The translations under genes were made by a program, and so were the position numbers. DNA of 64,000 nt from Eledone cirrhosa (lineage: Eukaryota). Positions 13,624 to 27,000 of the stretch are shown here, piece after piece (positions within the stretch are counted from its first letter, which is position 1; each line of letters starts with the position of its first letter). The stretch covers positions 269,514,001 to 269,578,000 of the forward strand of contig OZ024743.1 of NCBI GenBank assembly GCA_964016885.1, in the 5' to 3' direction. The notes under the pieces were generated by a model. The model was not told the DNA's origin, made no database searches, and saw only the letters and a program-made list of their open reading frames with translations.

Positions 13624-13625
<2 letters not shown>
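10930..13625 (+). mobile_element. Penelope-like retroelement 1, 5'-truncated, bounded by (TA)n
   Basis: RT + GIY-YIG ORF, upstream frameshifted coding (ELLRLGPKF; LPSDKG), 3' non-coding region with a degenerate hammerhead at ~13413-13450. Confidence 0.9.
11401..12981 (+). CDS. Penelope-type reverse transcriptase + GIY-YIG endonuclease (partial; N-terminus frameshifted near the (CA)n at ~11220-11240)
   Basis: Motifs FYHLVKTHK..RPIVS, SLDVVALYTSVP, GLPMGSSLS, RYVDD, LLDFRI, FYRK; C-terminal VVYKIQC..FYIGST.R...RIKEH. Confidence 0.92.
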   Translation: MKVTGTSSTLIEEGINTIWTNICVQRKLPKKVKNNIMTRNSKLPTFYHLVKTHKQGPDLKIRPIVSSVEGPLYKISWLLSTLLKPILHTLPAHVCSSKEVLERLHHLATNTRKDNGYAFSLDVVALYTSVPASSAVDLLTERVRASNLHCFGLTHTDIHQLLSFVVDNEFFNFLGHTYKQISGLPMGSSLSGILAISYMDHLERKALNTCQPNAVAFYSRYVDDILILTSSREMANEIHQIFNDTDPHVDFTIEHPGEDGSLALLDFRINISEEGDINTTFYRKAACKDLFVHYNSALPNNAKRGYVLNELTRITNRCSDPMGGLTHTTQFRNLLKSNGYPKRLINGIRDPRPNRQIPTRNLDKSRCFFKIPHLSEYTTNAIRRAIRREGLDIHLAHTGPSLRRCLSNKPDESDGTCSLSNCPIRGADCLRTYVVYKIQCDKCNKFYIGSTIRPLHVRIKEHVNTNASSFRKHILKCGNPQGRPLVTVLATERSIGSLRIKEALVIKNLRPPLNNRAERNELTWLI

Positions 13626-13660
<35 letters not shown>

Positions 13661-13817
13661 AAGATATCGTTTTTTACAAAAACAATATGAAAAATTAGAA
13701 ACAGAGGTGGATAAGTTAAAAACAACTCAAAATACAGTAATTTATCATAATAAATAGTACAATAGGCTATGATTCATACGTCTTTGAAATAATTTTCCAA
13801 AAAAGCTTGTTTACCCG

Positions 13818-13855
<38 letters not shown>

Positions 13856-13865
13856 CGGGTAAACT

Positions 13866-14075
13866 TCCCGAGATCCATGGACGAGTTCTCTCCAACAGTC
13901 TCAGTCCCTCATCATCTCTGCCAGCTCCTGCGTCTCCAAGAGACCAGTGTCTGTCCTTAGGGCATCAACATATGTTAACCTCGGTCTTACTCTTCCAGTG
14001 TGTCCATGCAGGGGCTCCCACAGGAGCACTGAGTCAACTCTGGATGTCGGTGAGCATGTCCAGCTAACCTCAGTC
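13866..14075 (-). mobile_element. 3' end fragment of an RTE-type LINE ORF
   Basis: Translation VLLWEPLHGHTGRVRPRLTYVDALRTDTGL..ELAEMMRD resembles the RTE-clade C-terminus (LLW.P.HG...GRP..TY.D.L..DTG). Confidence 0.7.
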
Positions 14076-14648
14076 TCCTCTGTGCTACTCTCGAGCTGAC
14101 TTTTAAAATAGGGAGTGGACAGGACAAATGCAATGGTAAAAATCGATGGAAAGACGGACAGCCCCATCTCCTCTGTCAACCTCTGGAAGTCATTATGGAT
14201 TCAAAATATTAAGCTCGACACCATTCCTTGCAGTGCTTATTGGGAAATAACAAAACAGGTAGAGGAAAGTTGTGCCTTTAGGCAAATTACACAATCATTA
14301 TAGAGTGCGCAAGCGCTTAACCAAAGAGGAAACATAAAGAAAGGAGGATTGGGAAAACAGGCCGGGTGGTGTGATGTCTATAATATGATAGTTTTAAAAA
14401 AAGCCTGCATAACTAAGTCTTTAGAATATAAATACAAAATAGGGAGCACACAGAACAAAGACAATGGTAAAAAAAAAAACAACGGAAATACGGAAAGTTC
14501 CTTCTCCTCAGTCAACCTCCGGAAATCACCACGGTTAAGGTCGAAACCGTTCATATATCATAATATAATAAAGGGTGGGGTGCGGGACTGCGGCCTGAAT
14601 ATATTTTTTTGCCCCATTTCTAAAATAAGTTGGATTACTTTGAATAAA

Positions 14649-14788
14649 TAATTGTTTCTACTTTTGGCACAAGGCCAGCAATTATTCCAGTGAATTACTG
14701 GTACTTTATTTTATCGACCCCGTAAGGATGAAAGGCAAAGTTAACCTCGGCGGGATTTGAACTCAGAATGACAAGGGCCGTAACTCTA
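14649..14788 (-). mobile_element. Family A SINE nested in the Helitron
   Basis: Same sequence as 9781-9965; absent from the second Helitron copy. Confidence 0.8.
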
Positions 14789-14924
14789 GAATGAATATTA
14801 CATAATTTATGTACTAAGTTTCGCAACTCTTGACTAAATATAAATAATTTTATATATAATGATTGTTATGTCAAAATTCACTTCTTTTAAAATTTTCAAA
14901 TGTCAATAATTCCGGTTATGATAT

Positions 14925-15114
14925 AATTGTTTCTACTTTTTGGCACAAGGCCAGCAATTACCCAGTGCATTACTGGAACTTTATTTTATCGACCCCGTAA
15001 GGATGAAAGGCAAAGTTAACCTCGGCGGGATTTGAACTCAGAATGGCAAAGACCGTAACTCTATGCGTCAAAGCATGGCGTCCGACCCTCTACCGATACT
15101 GCCAATCCATCGCC
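14925..15114 (-). mobile_element. Family A SINE nested in the Helitron
   Basis: Near full-length copy; ttatgatataat occurs at both flanks (TSD-like). Confidence 0.8.
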
Positions 15115-17057
15115 CTTATGATATAATGGGCGCTATATCGCATCGTTAATTTTCTCCTGTTTCGTTTTCATAAAATTTCACCGTAATGCAGTTTATATAT
15201 AATATCAACTTTTTTAATGGATTACTTTACTGATTACAGAAGACAGTGTAATACAGTCTCTCTTCAATTTCTGTGCATTTTCTTAATTACGATTTTATTT
15301 GACGTATCATATCTATATGCATATAATATCAATATGCACGCTACACATGCTAGCAGAAAACCACCCTTCGGGTGGTTTTTCTGCTAGTATATATAATAGT
15401 ATAAATATATGGGCAGGTGTATATGAATCTTCATATATAGGCTTAGTTGAGGGTCTTCCATAGCGTTAATTCGTTGAACATTCCCTGAGGAGATGCTTAG
15501 AAATTATTATCATGTAATATGAGATAATAAATTATCTAATAATACAGATTTCATAAGCCAATTACATAATGCATTGAAACACGTGTCAGAATCACCAATA
15601 TTTAATGAATGAATTAATGAGCAGCAACAAATGTACCTTAATGTTTTTTTTTATATTAAACTGTCCATTTATAACTCCGGGGATTATTAATAATAGATTA
15701 ATTAATCATACTCGGTGATACGCATGGAAAGCAACTGGACAATTGTGATAATCTATTCTCTCTATTTAATACGTCGAGTACAACTCAAGTTATAAGTTGC
15801 TTTATCCCTATTATATGTGAACATCTACTCAAAAATACGAACAGTGGGAGTTGACTACAAAATAATTGATGCTTGAAACTTATATCCGTCTAGAAATGAA
15901 ATGGTGATCTCTTTGTAGTGAGGCCCAATCCCTCTTAGATGCCCAGGGCATCTAAGATGTAGACGAGGATGAAGACTAGGGGGCCATGCAGAGACTAAGT
16001 GTAGTCCTTTTTATTTATTTTCTTTTGACAGTAGAAGGTTGAAATATTGAACTGCCAGAGGGCCCCCAAAATACCGGAAAGCCTAGGGTCCCGACCATAC
16101 GTTAATACAGTTCGGGTCGTACCCTGAAAAATCGTGATGCTGATGAAATCCAGATGCCATGAAATATAAGGGTGGTGCCCCAGCATGGCCTCTGCCGGAT
16201 GGCTGGAACAGGTAATAGAGTAATAGAGCATGCGTGCATACTGAAATAACGTATCATTTTTATCACACACCAAATGCACCCTCTGGTGCCGTGAATTGTG
16301 TCATGGAACCAGTCAAACCACCAAATAGCATATCTCTATCAGTGGATGCAACATGGCCAAATTAGGTCCCAGATTCCATCCTACTGCATGACATCTTGGG
16401 CAAGTGTTATTTGTCATAATCTGATGTCATTTCTTGCCTTGTTATTGAAATTGAGTAAATGAAAACTATTTGCACGCCCGTCGAATGAAGTGCATCTCGA
16501 ATCCGAAAACGTAGCTTTATCACGTGCTGCGTTTTGGTGAATCTTTCTCATAATTACTTGGTGAGTACACGTTTCAGTCGAATTCCCAGCCATTTACGTG
16601 TTCATTAATTAGCAGGCTATTTCCTTTGAGTGCACAACTGGAATACTAATCTTCAAAACTGACGGAGGTCCTTTCCATCCAATTCCACACCCCCAAGACT
16701 AATAATGTATTGCCGGAAGAAAACATTTTAACCAGCTCTGAGACGAGCCTAGTTTTGCGGGGTGCATCTTTCAGTGGGAAATATCATGATATGCCTGTCA
16801 TCTTCCTTCTTCACGAGCTCCAAATGTTTGGTGGTTTTATTCCCGAGGGCACAATGTAAAAAACAACATTAAAAAAACAAAAAACAAACAAACAAACAAA
16901 ATTCAAAAAGGAAATTATTCCAGCAAAACTTTTCAAGGTTTGTTATCTTAGTTAGAGAGTGTTTCATTGCCACATCATAGAAGTATGTAACTAACAGTAC
17001 ATTATCTCAACACTGGAAGCAAGACATCATCAATATAAACAGGCAAGAGAAATACTT

Positions 17058-17345
17058 CTGTCCATTGCTGAGAATTCCCTGACCTAAATCATGCTCGAAG
17101 TACGTCCTGTCCATTGTCGAGAAAGTCCCTGATCCGAATCGTGTTCAAACAACCTCTTGCCCATTACTGGGAAGTTCCTGGTTTAAATGATGCTGAAAAT
17201 ACCTCCTGTCCATTGCTGGGTAAATTCCTGGTCCAAATCATACTCAAACCACCTCATATCCATTGCTGGGACGTTCCTGGTCCAAATTCTACTTAGACTA
17301 CTTCCTGTCTATTGCTGGGAAAGTCTTGGTCCAAAACGTATTCAG
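17058..17345. repeat. Degenerate ~48-bp tandem repeat, ~6 copies
   Basis: Repeated tgtccattgctggg..ttcctggtccaaat motif. Confidence 0.75.
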
Positions 17346-17399
17346 ACTATTGGCCTAATAAGTATATGTAAACACTACACCAGAGTTACAGAAAAGTCT

Positions 17400-17930
17400 T
17401 CAGGAGGAGGCAGGTTTGATCTAATTTTTATTAGAAAGCTGCTTTAGAAAAAATGTGTGGAACAATATCAGATATTGTGGAATGTAATTGTAGATCAGCC
17501 GAAGTTTTTTGATACTGTAAACAGGGAACTTGTGTGGGATGTTCTCAGAAAGGTTTGTTTCCCTCTCAAAATTTGTGAATCTCTTCCGCCATTTCCACAC
17601 AAAGATGCTGGTTTAAATTGCTGGACGGTAGAAAGCTGAACTCTTCAGCGTGAAACATGGAATTAGGTAATATAACGAGCTGGTTGCTGTATTGCTCAAT
17701 ACCTTATTCACCAATAAGACCCTACTGTTACACAGAAGGATTGGAATAATATGAATTTCAAACTTAATTAAAAACCATTCAGCATCAGGTCACTCCAAGA
17801 GGGTTCGTTGAACTACAAAATGCTGATTAATATGATCTTGCAATTCACGCTCAGGAAGTATCACGTGTCAAAATCTATTAGAACTCATGACAGAATGGAC
17901 TTGACATTTAACGACGAAACCTGACGTCAT
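17400..17930 (+). pseudogene. Highly decayed RTE-type LINE RT fragment
   Basis: LIFIRKLL/EQY..VDQPKFFDTVNRELVWDVLRK resembles (F)VDL.KAFDTV.R..LW..L; multiple stops. Confidence 0.55.
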
Positions 17931-18379
17931 CTGAAAATAATACATTGCACCGCCCTCTCGGTCTTCCATTTTTTCAGTACAATAGCAACAACTACTCACA
18001 TCATCTTAATTCAGTTTTTTTTTATATATTCTAGAAATATTCCATGCCAACTTGTAGTCTATGGTTATAACCAGAACAATAAGATCCTTTTCTCATAAGT
18101 ACTTTAGACCAGCGTCCGTGTCACCTATCATTCTCTATCACCACCACGGATTTGTGGAAGGATTAGAACTAGTATATACCAGAGACCTTACTTAAAACTC
18201 GTAAGAGGGTGATCCCTGTCACACAGCGGCCGAGTGGTGGTCTACTGTTCGTGTACAGGTATGCAGGAATAAGAAACCTGATGAGAGGTGGAGAGCAAAC
18301 CGAACGCTTGTTAACAGAATAATATCTAATTATTATCTACATTTATAACAGTCTCTCTCTCTCTTTCTCTCACTCAGTC

Positions 18380-18475
<96 letters not shown>

Positions 18476-19892
18476 CGAGATTTTGTGTGAATATATATGG
18501 GAAAGGTCAACGTGGAAAAAGAAGACGGGAAAACAAAACAATACAATGATGATATAAGTCAGTTTAACATTATGATAAGACAAGAGATTTAACGTTTCGG
18601 ACGTTAGATCTTCATTGGAAGATAGAAGATGAAATAGAAAAATAGACGAGAGTAAGAAAATGAAGAAAATGGGGAAAACATTTTTCTGGAAGAAGACAGG
18701 TGTGTAGTTAGGCATTTTGGAAAATCTTCCCCCCCCCCCCCCTCATATATAACACAATCTTGGCGTCTTCTTGACAATTTTGAAGGGTTAAATAAATATG
18801 TTTATAGTTCTAGCAATATATAATAATAACAGACATTTCTCTGAGCCGTCGGCACAGAGAAGCAGTCTTCATTATAATCTTGCTTATTGTTGAGTCAATG
18901 TTATTCCCTTTCACATTCTATATATCTTAGAAACATTTGTTACGAAAAGAATGAACGTGTTAAGTAGGTATATATCCTAATTAAATAGTGCTAGACATTG
19001 ATCCAGTATTAGCTATATTTTTCCAGTGCAATCTCGCGACAAATCTATGGCTAGATATAACAACGGTTTTGTCAAGCATTTACTATTTAATGGGAAGTAT
19101 AATAGTTGGATGCAATCACATTTGGCTGAGCTAGGTATCTCTCAAGAAAAGCAAATGCTCTTGAGGAATATTTTTTTCTTTATTATACTGCATAGAGTAT
19201 GTATGTGCAAGTACAGGTGAACGTATTGTTCATGTTTAATAGGTTGTGTCTCTTGAGACTTCAAGGTAAATATTTTCTGATTAATGCAGAAATATTTCGT
19301 GCTCTGCTGAAAATTGAGCAACAGTGCGAACTAAATCAGACAACATTTATTAACTAGTTCTGTTCTGTATACACAGTACCTCATTTTCCATATGTCACTG
19401 TTGCATATATAATTCAATTTTGGCCAAGTCTGGTCGAATATTTATTTCTCTCTGGATACACAGGAGCTCAATCTGCAAACGTTGTGGATAGAGAGTTGGA
19501 AATATGTTATTTTTATTGTCGTTTAACCCTAGGTCATTGACTAAGCAAACCTATGATAAAATATATTCCAGATATGACCATCATTCTATTTTTCAGACAT
19601 TCTGCACAACAGTCTACATTATTCAATTTAACCAATGTTAGAGAATTCAATGGCTTAATAAATAATCAGCATTATGAATTTTACATAGAAAATACATTCA
19701 TATTCTACTCACCACTATTGATTACTTAGTTAATGGATTATAAATACTACGATATTTGAAACAAACACACACACACACACACAGACACAAACACTCACAC
19801 AAAGACACACACACACGCACACACACACATACACATGCGCACACACGAATGAAACAGTTGTGGTCTTGTAGAAGTCATTTTAATAAATAATA

Positions 19893-20104
19893 AAGGTTTC
19901 TGATTTAGGCACAAGGCCAACAATTTTGGGGGAGAGGAAAGTCGATTAAATGGACCCCGGTATTTTACTGGTACTTTATCGTATCGACCCTGTAAAGATG
20001 AAGGGCAAAGTTAACATCGGCAGGATTAGAACTCAGAACGTGAAGGACCATAACACTATGCTGCAAAGCATGGTATCTGACGCTTTACCTATACTGCCAA
20101 TCCA
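19893..20104 (-). mobile_element. Family A SINE
   Basis: Homologous to 9781-9965. Confidence 0.75.
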
Positions 20105-20472
20105 TGACTATATTCAACCAATGTATTGAAGTACTTTTTTAATTGTAATTATCGGCCGACACAACTCGGGAATCTACATATTATAACCACACACCCCTAC
20201 CTATATATATATTATACATATACATTCTAAACTAAGTGTTTTAGATATCGGTGTACATTCAAACATTGATTGAATGTCACCAGAATACATGTGATCAGAA
20301 TATAAGATTTATTGAAGAGAAAAGTGACAGGGACTTTGATATGTTATCCATTGCTTCATCTAGCGATATACTTTGCAATCATACAGGGCGTTCTAGTATT
20401 TTACAGAATCATATAACGCACTTATAAGTCACATTTGCTCAAGCTTCGCAATGCAATCAATTTTTTTTTTGT

Positions 20473-20583
<111 letters not shown>

Positions 20584-20680
20584 CACACACACACATAAAC
20601 GGGCGATTTGCAGAGTCGTTAGAGCATCGAATATAAATCCGACTAGGAATATATGTGTGTAAATACGTACTCACACACAA

Positions 20681-20773
<93 letters not shown>

Positions 20774-21088
20774 TGTATATACGGATGCTGGTTAGATAGG
20801 GTGGAAGGCGGTACTGTCTTGACAAAAAGAGCCCTATTCCACACAGATTTAACAACTTCTGTTGTAGTTCAGATAAGACTCTTTCTGGGGTTTGTCACTG
20901 TGGGTGAAGGGGGGAGGGAATCAAGATGTTGTTGTTATTATTATTGTTGTTGTTGGTGTTGTTGGTGGTGGTGGGAGTGAATGGGAGTGGGAGATACTGG
21001 AATGTTTTCAGGAATATCTCATGATGGCTCTGACCACCTGGTATCAACATACGTGTGATTACACTGGCATCATTATTGGAAGTGGAGC

Positions 21089-24000
21089 TGATGGTTGTGA
21101 TGGTGGTGATGGTAGTGATGGTTGTGATGGTGGTGATGGTGGTGATGGTGGTGATGGTTGTGATGGTTGTGATGGTAGTGATGGTTGTGATGGTGGTGAT
21201 GGTGGTGATGGTGGTGATGGTAGTGATGGTAGTGATGGTAGTGATGGTAGTGATGGTGGTGATGGTAGTGATGGTTGTGATGGTGGTGATGGTAGTGATG
21301 GTGGTGATGGTGGTGATGGTGGTGATGGTAGTGATGGTGGTGATGGTGGTGATGGTGGTGATGGTGGTGATGGTTGTGATGGTAGTGATGGTTGTGATGG
21401 TGGTGATGGTGGTGATGGTGGTGATGGTAGTGATGGTAGTGATGGTGGTGATGGTGGTGATGGTAGTGATGGTGGTGATGGTGGTGATGGTAGTGATGGT
21501 GGTGATGGTAGTGATGGTTGTGATGGTAGTGATGGTTGTGATGGTGGTGATGGTGGTGATGGTAGTGATGGTAGTGATGGTCGTGATGGTAGTGATGGTG
21601 GTGATGGTGGTGATGGTGGTGATGGTAGTGATGGTTGTGCTGGTGGTGATGGTGGTGATGGTGGTGATGGTAGTGATGGTGGTGATGGTAGTGATGGTGG
21701 TGATAGTAGTGATGATGGTGATGGTAGTTATGGTAGTGATGGTGGTGATGGTGGTGATGGTGGTGATCGTAGAGATGGTGGTGATGGTAGTGATGGTGGT
21801 GATGGTGGTGATCGTAGAGATGGTGGTGATGGTAGTGATGGTAGTCACGGTGGTGATGGTAGTGATGGTGGTGATGGTGGTGATGGTGGTGATGGTAGTG
21901 ATGGTTGTGCTGGTGGTGATGGTGGTGATGGTAGTGATAGTAGTAATGGTAGTCATGGTAGTGATGGTGGTGATGGTGGTGATGGTGGTGATGGTGGTGA
22001 TGGTTGTGCTGGTGGTGATGGTGGTGATGGTGGTGATGGTAGTGATGGTAGTGATGGTGGTGATGGTGGTGATGGTAGTGATGGTGGTGATGGTGGTGAT
22101 GGTAGTGATGGTGGTGATGGTGGTGATGGTGGTGATGGTAGTGATGGTGGTGATGGTGGTGATGGTAGTGATGGTAATGATGGTGGTGATGGTGGTGATG
22201 GTATTGATGGTGGTGATGGTGGTGATGGTGGTGATGGTGGTGATAGTGGTGATGGTAGTGATTGTATTGATTGTAGTGATGGTGGTGATGGTGGTGATGG
22301 TGGTGATTGTGGTGATGGTGGTGTTGGTGGTGATGGTAGTGATGGTAGTGATGGTGGTGATGGTGGTGATGGTAGTGATGGTGGTGATAGTGGTGATGGT
22401 AGTGATGGTGGTGATGGTGGTGATGGTGGTGATGGTAGTGATGGTAATGATGGTGGTGATGGTGGTGATGGTATTGATGGTGGTGATGGTGGTGATGGTG
22501 GGATGGTGGTGATAGTGGTGATGGTAGTGATTGTATTGATTGTAGTGATGGTGGTGATGGTGGTGATGGTGGTGATTGTGGTGATGGTGGTGATGGTGGT
22601 GATGGTGGTTTTGGTAGTGATGGTGGTGATGGTGGTGATGGTAGTGATGGTAGTGATGGTAGTGATGGTGGTGATGGTAGTGATGGTAGTGATGGTAGAG
22701 AATTGTGGTGATGGTGGTGATGGTAGTGATGGTGGTGATGGTGGTGATGGTAGTGATGGTAGTGATGGTAGTGATGGTGGTGATGGTAGTGATGGTAGTG
22801 ATGGTAGTGATGGTAGTGATGGTAGTGATGGTAGTGATGGTAGAGAATTGTGGTGATGGTGGTGATGGTGGTGATGGTGGTGATGGTGGTGATGGTGGCG
22901 CTTGTAGTTATGGTAGTGATGGTGGTGATGGTAGTGATGGTAGTGATGGTAGTGATGGTAGTGATGGTAGTGATGGTAGAGAATTGTGGTGATGGTGGTG
23001 ATGGTAGTGATGGTGGTGATGGTGGTGATGGTAGTGATGGTAGTGATGGTAGTGATGATGGTGATGGTAGTGATGGTAGTGATGGTGGTGGTGGGGTGAT
23101 GGTGGTGATGGTAGTGAGGGTAGAGATGGTGGTGATGGTGGTGAAGGTCGAGATGGTGGTGATGGTGGTGATGGTGTGATGGTAGTGATGGTGGTGATGG
23201 TAGTGATGGTAGTGATGTTGGTGATGGTGGTGATGGTGGTGATGGTAGTGATGGTGGTGATGGTGGTGATGGTAGTGATGGTGGTGATGGTAGTGATGGT
23301 AGTGATGGTGGTGAAGGTCGAGATGGTGGTGATGGTGGTGATGGTAGTGATGGTGGTGATGGTAGTGAGGGTAGAGATGGTGGTGATGGTGGTGATGGTA
23401 GTGAGGGTAGAGATGGTGGTGATGGTAGTGATGGTGGTGATGGTGGTGATGGTAGTGATGGTGGTGATGGTGGCGATGGTGTTGATGGTAGTGATGGTAG
23501 TGATGGTAGTGATGGTAGTGATGGTAGTGATGGTGGTGATGGTGGTGATGGTGGTGATGGTAGTGTTGGTGGTGATGGTGGTGATGGTAGTGATGGTAGT
23601 GATGGTGGTGATGGTGGCGATGGTGTTGATGGTGGTGATGGTAGTGATGGTAGTGTTGGTGGTGATGGTGGGGATGGTAGTGATGGTAGTGATGGTGGTG
23701 ATGGTGGTGATGGTGGTGATGGTAGTGATGGTGGTGATGGTGGTGATGGTGGTGATGGTAGTGATGGTGGTGATGGTGGTGATGGTGGTGATGGTGGTGA
23801 TGGTGTTGATGGTAGTGATGGTAGTGATGGTAGTGATGGTGGTGATGGTAGTGATGGTGGTGATGGTGGTGATGGTAGTGATGGTGGTGATGGTGGTGAT
23901 GGTAGTGATGGTTGTGATGGTTGTGATGGTTGTGATGGTGGTGATGGTGGTGATGGTAGTGATGGTAGTGATGGTAGTGATGGTAGTGATGCTAGTGATG

Positions 24001-27000
24001 GTGGTGATAGTAGTGATGATGGTGATGGTGGTTATGGTAGTGATGGTGGTGATAGTGGTGATGGTGGTGATCGTAGAGATGGTGGTGATGGTAGTGATGG
24101 TAGTGACGGTGGTGAGGGTAGTGATGGTGGTGATGGTGGTGATGGTGGTGATGGTAGTGATGGTTGTGCTGGTGGTGATGGTGGTGATGGTAGTGATAGT
24201 AGTAATGGTAGTCATGGTAGTGATGGTGGTGATGGCGGTGATGGTGGTGATGGTGGTGATGGTTGTGCTGGTGGTGATGGTGGTGATGGTGGTGATGGTA
24301 GTGATGGTAGTGATGGTGGTGATGGTGGTGATGGTAGTGATGGTGGTGATGGTGGTGATGGTAGTGATGGTGGTGATGGTGGTGATGGTGGTGATCGTGG
24401 TGATGGTAGTGATGGTGGTGATGGTAGTGATGGTAGTGATGGTGGTGATGGTGGTGATGGTGGTGATGGTGTTGATGGTGGTGATGGTGGTGATAGTGGT
24501 GATGGTAGTGATGGTAGAGAATTGTGGTGATGGTGGTGATGGTAGTGATGGTAGTGATGGTAGTGATGGTGGTGATGGTGGTGATGGTGGTGATGGTGGT
24601 GATGGTGGCGCTTGTAGTGATGGTAGTGATGGTGGTGATGGTAGTGATGGTAGTGATGGTAGTGATGGTGGTGATGGTAGTGATGGTAGTGATGGTAGTG
24701 ACGGTAGTGATGGTAGTGATGGTAGTGATGGTAGAGAATTGTGGTGATGGTGGTGATGGTAGTGATGGTGGTGATGGTGGTGATGGTAGTGATGGTAGTG
24801 ATGGTAGTGATGATGGTGATGGTAGTGATGGTGGTGATGGTGGTGATGGTGGTGATTGTGGTGATGGTGGTGATGGTGGTGATGGTGGCGCTTGTAGTGA
24901 TGGTAGTGATGGTGGTGATGGTAGTGATGGTAGTGATGGTAGTGATGGTGGTGATGGTAGTGATGGTAGTGATGGTAGTGATGGTAGTGATGGTAGTGAT
25001 GGTAGTGATGGTAGAGAATTGTGGTGATGGTGGTGATGGTAGTGATGGTAGTGATGGTAGTGATGGTGGTGATGGTGGTGATGGTGGTGATGGTGGTGAT
25101 GGTGGCGCTTGTAGTGATGGTAGTGATGGTGGTGATGGTAGTGATGGTAGTGATGGTAGTGATGGTGGTGATGGTAGTGATGGTAGTGATGGTAGTGACG
25201 GTAGTGATGGTAGTGATGGTAGTGATGGTAGAGAATTGTGGTGATGGTGGTGATGGTAGTGATGGTGGTGATGGTGGTGATGGTAGTGATGGTAGTGATG
25301 GTAGTGATGATGGTGATGGTAGTGATGGTGGTGATGGTGGTGATGGTGTGATGGTAGTGATAGTGGTGATGGTAGTGATGGTAGTGATGGTGGTGATTGT
25401 GGTGATGGTGGTGATGGAAGTGATGGTGGTAATGGTGGTGATGGTGGTGATTGTGGTGATGGTGGTGTTGGTGGTGATGGTAGTGATGGTAGTGATGGTT
25501 GTGATGGTTGTGATGGTTGTGATGGTGGTGATGGTGGTGATGGTAGTGATGGTAGTGATGCTAGTGATGGTGGTGATAGTAGTGATGATGGTGATGGTAG
25601 TGATGGTGGTGATGGTGGTGATAGTGGTGATGGTGGTGATCGTAGAGATGGTGGTGATGGTAGTGATGGTAGTGACGGTGGTGATGGTAGTGATGGTGGT
25701 GATGGTGGTGATGGTGGTGATGGTAGTGATGGTTGTGCTGATGGTGATGATGTTGATCGCGGTGATGTTAATGATTGTAGTGATGATAGTAATGGTAATG
25801 ATGGTGGTGATGGTGGTGATGGTAGTGATGGTTGTGCTGGTGGTGATGGTGGTGATGGTAGTGATAATAGTAATGGTAGTCATGGTAGTGATGGTGGTGA
25901 TGGTGGTGATGGTGGTGATGGTGGTGATGGTTGTGCTGGTGGTGATGGTGGTGATGGTGGTGATGGTAGTGATGGTAGTGATGGTGGTGATGGTGGTGAT
26001 GGTAGTGATGGTGGTGATGGTGGTGATGGTAGTGATGGTGGTGATGGTGGTGATGGTAGTGATGGTGGTGACGGTGGTGATGGTGGTGATAGTATTGATG
26101 GTGGTGATGGTGGTGATGGTGGTGATGGTGGTGATGGTGGTGATGGTGTTGATGGTGGTGATGGTGGTGATAGTGGTGATGGTAGTGATTGTAGTGATTG
26201 TAGTGATGGTGGTGATGGTGGTGATGGTGGTGATTGTGGTGATGTTGGTGTTGGTGGTGATGGTAGTGATGGTAGTGATGGTAGTGATGGTGGTGATGGT
26301 GGTGATGGTGGTGATGGTGGTGATGGTGGTGATGGTGGCGCTTGTAGTGATGGTAGTGATGGTAGTGATGGTAGTGATGGTGGTGATGGTAGTGATGGTA
26401 GTGATGGTAGTGATGGTCGTGATGGTGGTGATGGTAGTGATGGTAGAGATTGTGGTGATGGTGGTGATGGTAGTGATGGTAGTGATGGTAGTGATGATGG
26501 TCATGGTAGTGATGGTGGTGATGGTGGTGGTGGTGGTGATGGTGGTGATGGTAGTGATTGTGGTGAAGGTCGAGATGGTGGTGATGGTGGTGATGGTGTG
26601 ATGGTAGTGATGGTGGTTATGGTAGTGATGGTAGTGATGGTGCTGATGGTGGTGATGGTGGTGATGGTAGTGATGGTGGTGATGGTGGTGATGGTAGTGA
26701 TGGTGGTGATGGTAGTGATGGTAGTGATGGTGGTGAAGGTCGAGATGGTGGTGATGGTGGTGATGGTAGTGATGGTGGTGATGGTAGTGATGGTGGTGAT
26801 GGTGGTGATGGTAGTGATGGTGGTGATGGTAGTGATGGTAGTGATGGTGGTGATGGTGGTGATGGTGGTGATGGTAGTGTTGGTGGTGATGGTGGTGATG
26901 GTAGTGATGGTAGTGATGGTGGTGATGGTGGCGATGGTGTTGATGGTAGTGATGGTTGTGATGGTAGTGATGGTAGTGATGGTGGTGATGGTGGTGATGG

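Larger units (their letters stand above)
14558..15387 (+). mobile_element. Non-autonomous Helitron copy 1, interrupted by two SINEs
   Basis: A|TC start; terminal palindrome ctagcagaaaaccaccc-ttc-gggtggtttttctgCTAG|T; body homologous (inverted) to 62539-63026. Confidence 0.75.

Noticed and set aside
18279-18312. ctgatgagaggt...accgaacgc hammerhead-like string
   Set aside because: GAAA is incomplete and stems I and III are unconvincing.
19026-19220. Possible exon after ttccag
   Set aside because: No recognisable homology or consistent partner exon.
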